NCBI GenBank assembly: GCA_964437365.1
Contig: CAYTGM010000021.1
Coordinates: 2,522-66,521 of the forward strand
Direction: 5' to 3'
Length of the DNA: 64,000 nucleotides
Source: an uncultured Candidatus Sumerlaeota bacterium
Lineage (GTDB): Bacteria; Sumerlaeota; Sumerlaeia; SLMS01
Part shown: one piece after another, positions 59,841-64,000 of the stretch
Position numbering within the stretch: position 1 is the stretch's first letter
Layout: every line of letters starts with the position of its first letter
Translations under genes and position numbers: made by a program
Notes under the pieces: generated by a model
What the model saw: only the letters and a program-made list of their open reading frames with translations
The model's database searches: none
Told to the model about the DNA's origin: nothing

Positions 59841-60107
59841 TTAGGTGGGGCCTATCATTCTCAAGATTTAACTCAGAGGATCAGTAACTTTGCCACGGGA
59901 GATAACTCTAGTTGGGTTTCGGATTGTCGGTCCCAGCTTACTTCCCAAGTTCTGATACGTGTTGAAATGATTCCAAGGAGTCAAACGCGTCAGGTCAACG
60001 CCAAAACTGTAAAACGTTGAAAACCTCAGAAACTATTTATAAAGCTTTAATAATAAAGGCTTTGGGAGTCATTGCTAGACGTCTGACAGCCACTCAAAGG
60101 ACATGGA

Positions 60108-60143
60108 AATGCCGCTTCCCGAACGAGAGAAGCGGCGTCATTT
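60108..60143 (-). terminator. Stem-loop downstream of the 60198-61019 gene
   Basis: gccgcttc...gaagcggc stem (60111-60136) with only a short U-tract. Confidence 0.5.
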
Positions 60144-60197
60144 CTGTCTATAATTTCGTCCATCATGGATGACTTACAAAATCAAAATGGAGAACGA

Positions 60198-61019
60198 TTA
60201 CTGGTTGTTATTATTACCAGGACCGATCGGGCTGAATGTACCGCCACCACCGTCATCGTCGTCGTCATCATCGTCATCATCATCGTTACTATTCTCATAA
60301 ATTGAATAGCCAAGGAGACCAAGACCAGCGGCACCGGCACCACCGCCGACCCACCACCAGAATGCTCCTTCATCATCATCATCGCTGTCCGTACCTTCGG
60401 CTCCAGCGTTTCCATCAGCAGCGCCATCCTGCTGAGCAACTACAGGAACACGCTGAGACTGCCACAGGCCAGCTTCATTGCGGAAAAGCTCGATGATTTC
60501 ATCGTGACCAACAACGGCAAGCTGTTCACCAGAATCTTTATCAGTAATCGTCACAGAAGAACCAACAGATCCTACTGAAACCTGATCTTGTTCAGAAGAC
60601 TTTAAAGCGAAAACGCGGCTGGATGCTGGACCCGCGCCTTGAGGACCTGACTCGCTTACAGTCATTTGTTTAACTTCCAGATTGTCAAAGCTAACAGCTG
60701 TATCACTGAATCCCCTGGTTGCCACGGCCAAGGTGCCCTTATCAAAATTAATCGCTTTGGTAGTGGTCAGGGTAACATCAGACTCTTCCCCGATGAGTAC
60801 CGTCTCTCCACTCAGAGTCTCTACCTTGATCGGCGCTTTCGTGCTGATAAGCTGGTCGCCATCCTGGATGGACAACATTTCGAGCGCATTCGACTCAATC
60901 TTTTCGTCGGAGCGAATAATCGAGTAAGTGTCCTTTGACTCAGCAATACCAATCTTGTCTGCTGAGACCGTAGTTGCGCAGGCTACAGCCAAGGAGAGAA
61001 AAAATATCGTACGCTTCAT
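60198..61019 (-). CDS. Exported hypothetical protein (FecR-like beta domain, Gly-rich hydrophobic segment, poly-Asp tail)
   Basis: Signal peptide MKRTIFFLSLAVACATTVSA from ATG 61019; GDQLIST...IGEES; WWWVGGGAGAAGLGLLG; run of 11 Asp. Confidence 0.7.
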   Translation of the reverse strand: MKRTIFFLSLAVACATTVSADKIGIAESKDTYSIIRSDEKIESNALEMLSIQDGDQLISTKAPIKVETLSGETVLIGEESDVTLTTTKAINFDKGTLAVATRGFSDTAVSFDNLEVKQMTVSESGPQGAGPASSRVFALKSSEQDQVSVGSVGSSVTITDKDSGEQLAVVGHDEIIELFRNEAGLWQSQRVPVVAQQDGAADGNAGAEGTDSDDDDEGAFWWWVGGGAGAAGLGLLGYSIYENSNDDDDDDDDDDDGGGGTFSPIGPGNNNNQ

Positions 61020-61227
61020 GGGGTCATTCATCACTTTCTTAAAAGTAGGCCTCTGGGAGAGGACACAGAGAGCGTCTTCTCCGTAAGAACAAATCAACCC
61101 AGCTTTTGCGTCAAGGGCCTTTTTGGTTTCGAGAAGGGATTTTTGCCCTGAAAAGAAATTTTTTATAAAAAGACCCGATATTGTCCGTAAAACATGAACT
61201 CCTTCAAACAGTTAGAATCGATCCGAC

Positions 61228-61705
61228 CACTTTTTGTGAGTAAACTGGTTGTATTTTCGAGCAAAACGCCTATAATTCAGTCAAATCACTCTCAGAAAGT
61301 GGATCAAATGTCCCAAAAAACAAAATACAACCTCCCTACTCACTGAAAAGTGCGACAACGGTTGTATTTATACTGATAATACTGGACTTAGCTTCACTTT
61401 TTATCTCGAAAAATAACCACAGGCGATCAGTTTTCTCTTGATCTTGTTCAGGGGGAATCAGGCGCCCCACTTTCCAGTGGGCGCCATGACCCCCGTCTTG
61501 TAACTAATTTTGTAATTAGTTTGTATAGGCTTTTTTATTCTCTAAATGCAATAATATCAATCCTCTACAAGAGTACTAAAAGCACTTTTCGGTGAGTTAG
61601 CAGGTTGTAACCAACACTTTTCTGTGACTCAGCCGGTTGTAATGATCAACTTTCTGTGAGCAACTGGTTGTAAAACAACCTGTCAGCAACACTTCTGGTT
61701 GTTTT
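61228..61705. repeat. Array of ~28-bp motifs CACTTTTCNGTGAG-N5/6-GGTTGTA
   Basis: Copies at 61228 (+), 61322-61352 (-), 61583, 61615 and 61647 (+, 32-bp period); partial copies near 61290 (-) and 61690. Confidence 0.8.
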
Positions 61706-61837
61706 ATTTGACCATCGTGAACATTTATTTCTCGATTATCGAATTTACCCTTGCCGAGCCAGCACAACAATCACATCCTCCCACTTTGTTTCATGGTTTA
61801 CCAAACCAAATATTCATCGAAATCCTGACCTCCTGGA

Positions 61838-62284
61838 ATGTTGGCCTTGTCTCGAGAATCTCAAGAACGACGGAACACCCATCGAGTAGTTTGCAGCTTT
61901 CCTGCAGAAATCTCCTTCGTCCAGGAAGGCAATGACCATACCCTGCCTCGGTTCTCTATCACAATTCTGGATGTTTCCAAAGAAGGATTCCGTGCGAGAA
62001 TGGATTATATTCATTCTACTGAATTTGAAGATGTCCTTCGAAACATCAAAACCGTTAGATTGTCTGCGCGAGGTCCTCTTGGAATAATTTCCGTCCACTC
62101 AAGACTTGTATGGTGGAAATCAACCTATCTCGAAGAAGATACACAGCCTGAGTACCATATCGGAGTTCACTTTACACCTCAAAGTTACGATACTCCCTCA
62201 GCCATTCCATCACTTATTCAAACGGCAGGCAATAATTTCATCCGACCTGGTGATTTTGACATTACGGAAACAAGATCCACCTGA
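61838..62284 (+). CDS. PilZ-domain c-di-GMP-binding protein
   Basis: RxxxR (ERRNTHR) and DxSxxG (DVSKEG) motifs. Confidence 0.8.
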   Translation: MLALSRESQERRNTHRVVCSFPAEISFVQEGNDHTLPRFSITILDVSKEGFRARMDYIHSTEFEDVLRNIKTVRLSARGPLGIISVHSRLVWWKSTYLEEDTQPEYHIGVHFTPQSYDTPSAIPSLIQTAGNNFIRPGDFDITETRST

Positions 62285-62314
62285 TGTCTATCTCTTAAAA
62301 CTCGTATCTATATA

Positions 62315-63727
62315 TCACCTTTTCTCAGGAAAAGATCTTATTTTCACGCAGGGATCCGGGTACCCTGCCAACCCTTGATCACATAGCCATGGGGTATGCA
62401 CACAATTCTTTGGTAACTTCTTAAGCTCGGGAAGCCATTGGTAGACATAATGCCCGTCACCATCGTAGCGTTCCGCCTGGTTCAAAATATGAAAGTAACG
62501 ATTCTCTCTCGGATCATTTCCCAGACCAGAGACATAGTTCCAATTCCCCCAATTGCTTGCTACATCATAGTCTATCAGTTGACTTTCAAAGTATTCCGCC
62601 CCCAAACGCCAATCTATCTGCATATCTTTCACAAGAAAACTCGCCACGTTTTGACGGCCCCGATTACTCATGAAGCCGGTCTCAGAAATCTCTTTCATAT
62701 TTGCGTCGATAAACGGGTAGCCCGTTCTTCCCGCTTTCCAGAGCTCAAACAAATCGTCCTTAATCCGGTCCCCTGTATTTCTGCCCTTGATGCCGCCTGC
62801 TCGAAATACTTTCCAGCCGTATTTCAACAAAACGAAGCGGAAGAAATCTCTCCAGATCAGTTCGAAGATCAGCCAGTAAGTTGACTTATTCTTTGTTCTT
62901 TCTCTTTCATAGCGGATGACTTCGCCATATATCCACCGGGGAGAAATACAACCAAGAGCAAGCCACGGAGAGAACTTCGAAGAATAGTCACACCCCAGTA
63001 ATCCATTTCTGGTTTCCTTATATTCCTTCAGGCAGTCCTTTTCCCAGAAATAATGATTCACCCTTTCCAGAGCAGCTTTTTCTCCTCCTTTGAAATGCAG
63101 CACTCCCCCACCGGTTTCAGGAAAAGGTGCATCACACAATTCCTTCCAGGACGGCAACAAACCCACACTTGAGTCGGCACCCGGAGGCAGGGCTGGAAGC
63201 CGAGACGGAACCTCAAATGGCTCCCTGATGCTGGATCGCTTCTCTATGTCTTTTCTAAAGTGCGTATAGATATCGGGTAGCTCGTAAATCGAGTCGTAAG
63301 GGATATCATCACGATGATAGAGAGTCATGCCCCAGTAGCGATGGGTCTTGATCCCGAACTCTTCGATTTCACTTAATACGTCTCTTTCGATCCTATCTTC
63401 TTCGGGTGCTTCCTCTTCGTAGAAGTAGAGGTCTGTAATTCTGTGCTCTTCACAAAGAGCTTTAATCAAACGAGAGCTATCTCCAGTATTAACAACCAAA
63501 CTGCTCCCCCGCTCTTCCAGTGATTCTCGCAGAGATCGAACAGATTCCAGAAGAAATCGAGTCCGATGGGCCCCTGTCTTTGGAAACCCGAAATGTGTTT
63601 TCTGGAACCAATGGGAATCGAATATATAGACCGGAAGGAGCGAATCGCATCGTGCCGCAGCCTCATAAAGAGGCTCATGGTCGTGAAGACGCAGATCATT
63701 GCGAAACCAGAGCAGTCCATTTCTCAT
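62315..63727 (-). CDS. Cryptochrome DASH (photolyase family)
   Basis: WFRNDLRLHD, YKETRNG..G.DYSSKFSPWL, FELIWRD, SNRGRQNVAS, DYDVASNWGNW, GNDPR. Start ATG 63727 is coupled to the upstream stop. Confidence 0.93.
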   Translation of the reverse strand: MRNGLLWFRNDLRLHDHEPLYEAAARCDSLLPVYIFDSHWFQKTHFGFPKTGAHRTRFLLESVRSLRESLEERGSSLVVNTGDSSRLIKALCEEHRITDLYFYEEEAPEEDRIERDVLSEIEEFGIKTHRYWGMTLYHRDDIPYDSIYELPDIYTHFRKDIEKRSSIREPFEVPSRLPALPPGADSSVGLLPSWKELCDAPFPETGGGVLHFKGGEKAALERVNHYFWEKDCLKEYKETRNGLLGCDYSSKFSPWLALGCISPRWIYGEVIRYERERTKNKSTYWLIFELIWRDFFRFVLLKYGWKVFRAGGIKGRNTGDRIKDDLFELWKAGRTGYPFIDANMKEISETGFMSNRGRQNVASFLVKDMQIDWRLGAEYFESQLIDYDVASNWGNWNYVSGLGNDPRENRYFHILNQAERYDGDGHYVYQWLPELKKLPKNCVHTPWLCDQGLAGYPDPCVKIRSFPEKR

Positions 63728-63861
63728 CGTTTCCTCCTGCACCGGTCACTGCAGTACTTGACGGAATCCCAGCAGTTCTTCCATTTCTTCCGCCAGGCGA
63801 AGGGTCGACCGCACGCTGCACACGTTTTTGTTGGGAGATGGGATTTCTTTAATCGACTCAT
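63724..63861 (-). CDS. DUF2256 family small Cys-rich protein (absent from the ORF track)
   Basis: Hand translation MSRLKKSHLPTKTCAACGRPFAWRKKWKNCWDSVKYCSDRCRRKR*; ATGA overlap with the cryptochrome gene; this family commonly accompanies photolyases. Confidence 0.9.
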   Translation of the reverse strand: MSRLKKSHLPTKTCAACGRPFAWRKKWKNCWDSVKYCSDRCRRKR

Positions 63862-63927
63862 GCATGTTTCTTTGGCAGAGATCGGGCCGGAAAGTTGGGT
63901 TTCCCATCCGGTTGATGCATTGAAACC

Positions 63928-63999
63928 TTATCGGTCGGTAAAGATAAACGACCCGCTGATCAATCCCCCGATGAACATGATCGCGAACCCACCAACTTG
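63928..63999 (-). CDS. 3' end of an upstream membrane protein (partial)
   Basis: Open from the window edge: QVGGFAIMFIGGLISGSFIFTDR*. Confidence 0.4.
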   Translation of the reverse strand, partial: QVGGFAIMFIGGLISGSFIFTDR

Positions 64000-64000
64000 A

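Noticed and set aside
60076-60090. AGACGTCTGAC, a short match to the phased repeat
   Set aside because: Single short match with no periodic array or inverted repeat; compatible with chance.
61583-61680. Tandem repeats as a mini-CRISPR array
   Set aside because: Repeats are degenerate, gaps are ~4 bp rather than spacers, and no cas genes are present.
61100-61830. Chromosomal oriC
   Set aside because: I found no TTATCCACA-type DnaA boxes and no dnaA, dnaN, gidA or parAB nearby.
62438-62884. 148-aa plus-strand ORF and many similar 60-150 aa ORFs in the track
   Set aside because: Shadow ORFs overlapping well-supported genes, with no recognisable motifs.

Overview
Bacterial chromosomal window of moderate GC with about 45 CDS and no rRNA, tRNA or CRISPR array that I can support. 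The pilin-like protein at 4.8-5.3 kb (GFTLIELLIVVAIIAILAAIAVPNFLEAQTRSK...YDPTNGT.S.GD) suggests Candidatus Sumerlaeota (BRC1) or a related candidate phylum; this is inference. Cell-surface functions dominate: two MBOAT/SGNH O-acylation pairs, an 8-gene glycosyltransferase/Wzy/WcaF operon, Wzt, a YfhO-like GT-C protein, gmd, a PilV/W/X-like minor-pilin cluster and a Wza-WecA-Wzc export locus ending in a NusG paralogue. The window also has ilvD, rsmA, a HipBA module with visible operators, hydrolases, a PilZ protein and a cryptochrome-DASH operon. The unexplained signals are: (1) a 50-bp element with ACGTCT repeated every 11 bp inside a 12-bp inverted repeat, identical at 22.8 kb and 36.2 kb, the second copy lying in an 11-bp-periodic region ahead of a DUF6266-like gene; (2) an array of ~28-bp motifs, three at 32-bp spacing, between the EPS locus and the PilZ gene; (3) a stand-alone DnaG-DnaB primase-helicase fusion with no mobile-element neighbours; (4) a solo, diverged IS200-type HUH nuclease; (5) an adenine-free G/T tract at 23.2-23.3 kb that may be an assembly artefact.
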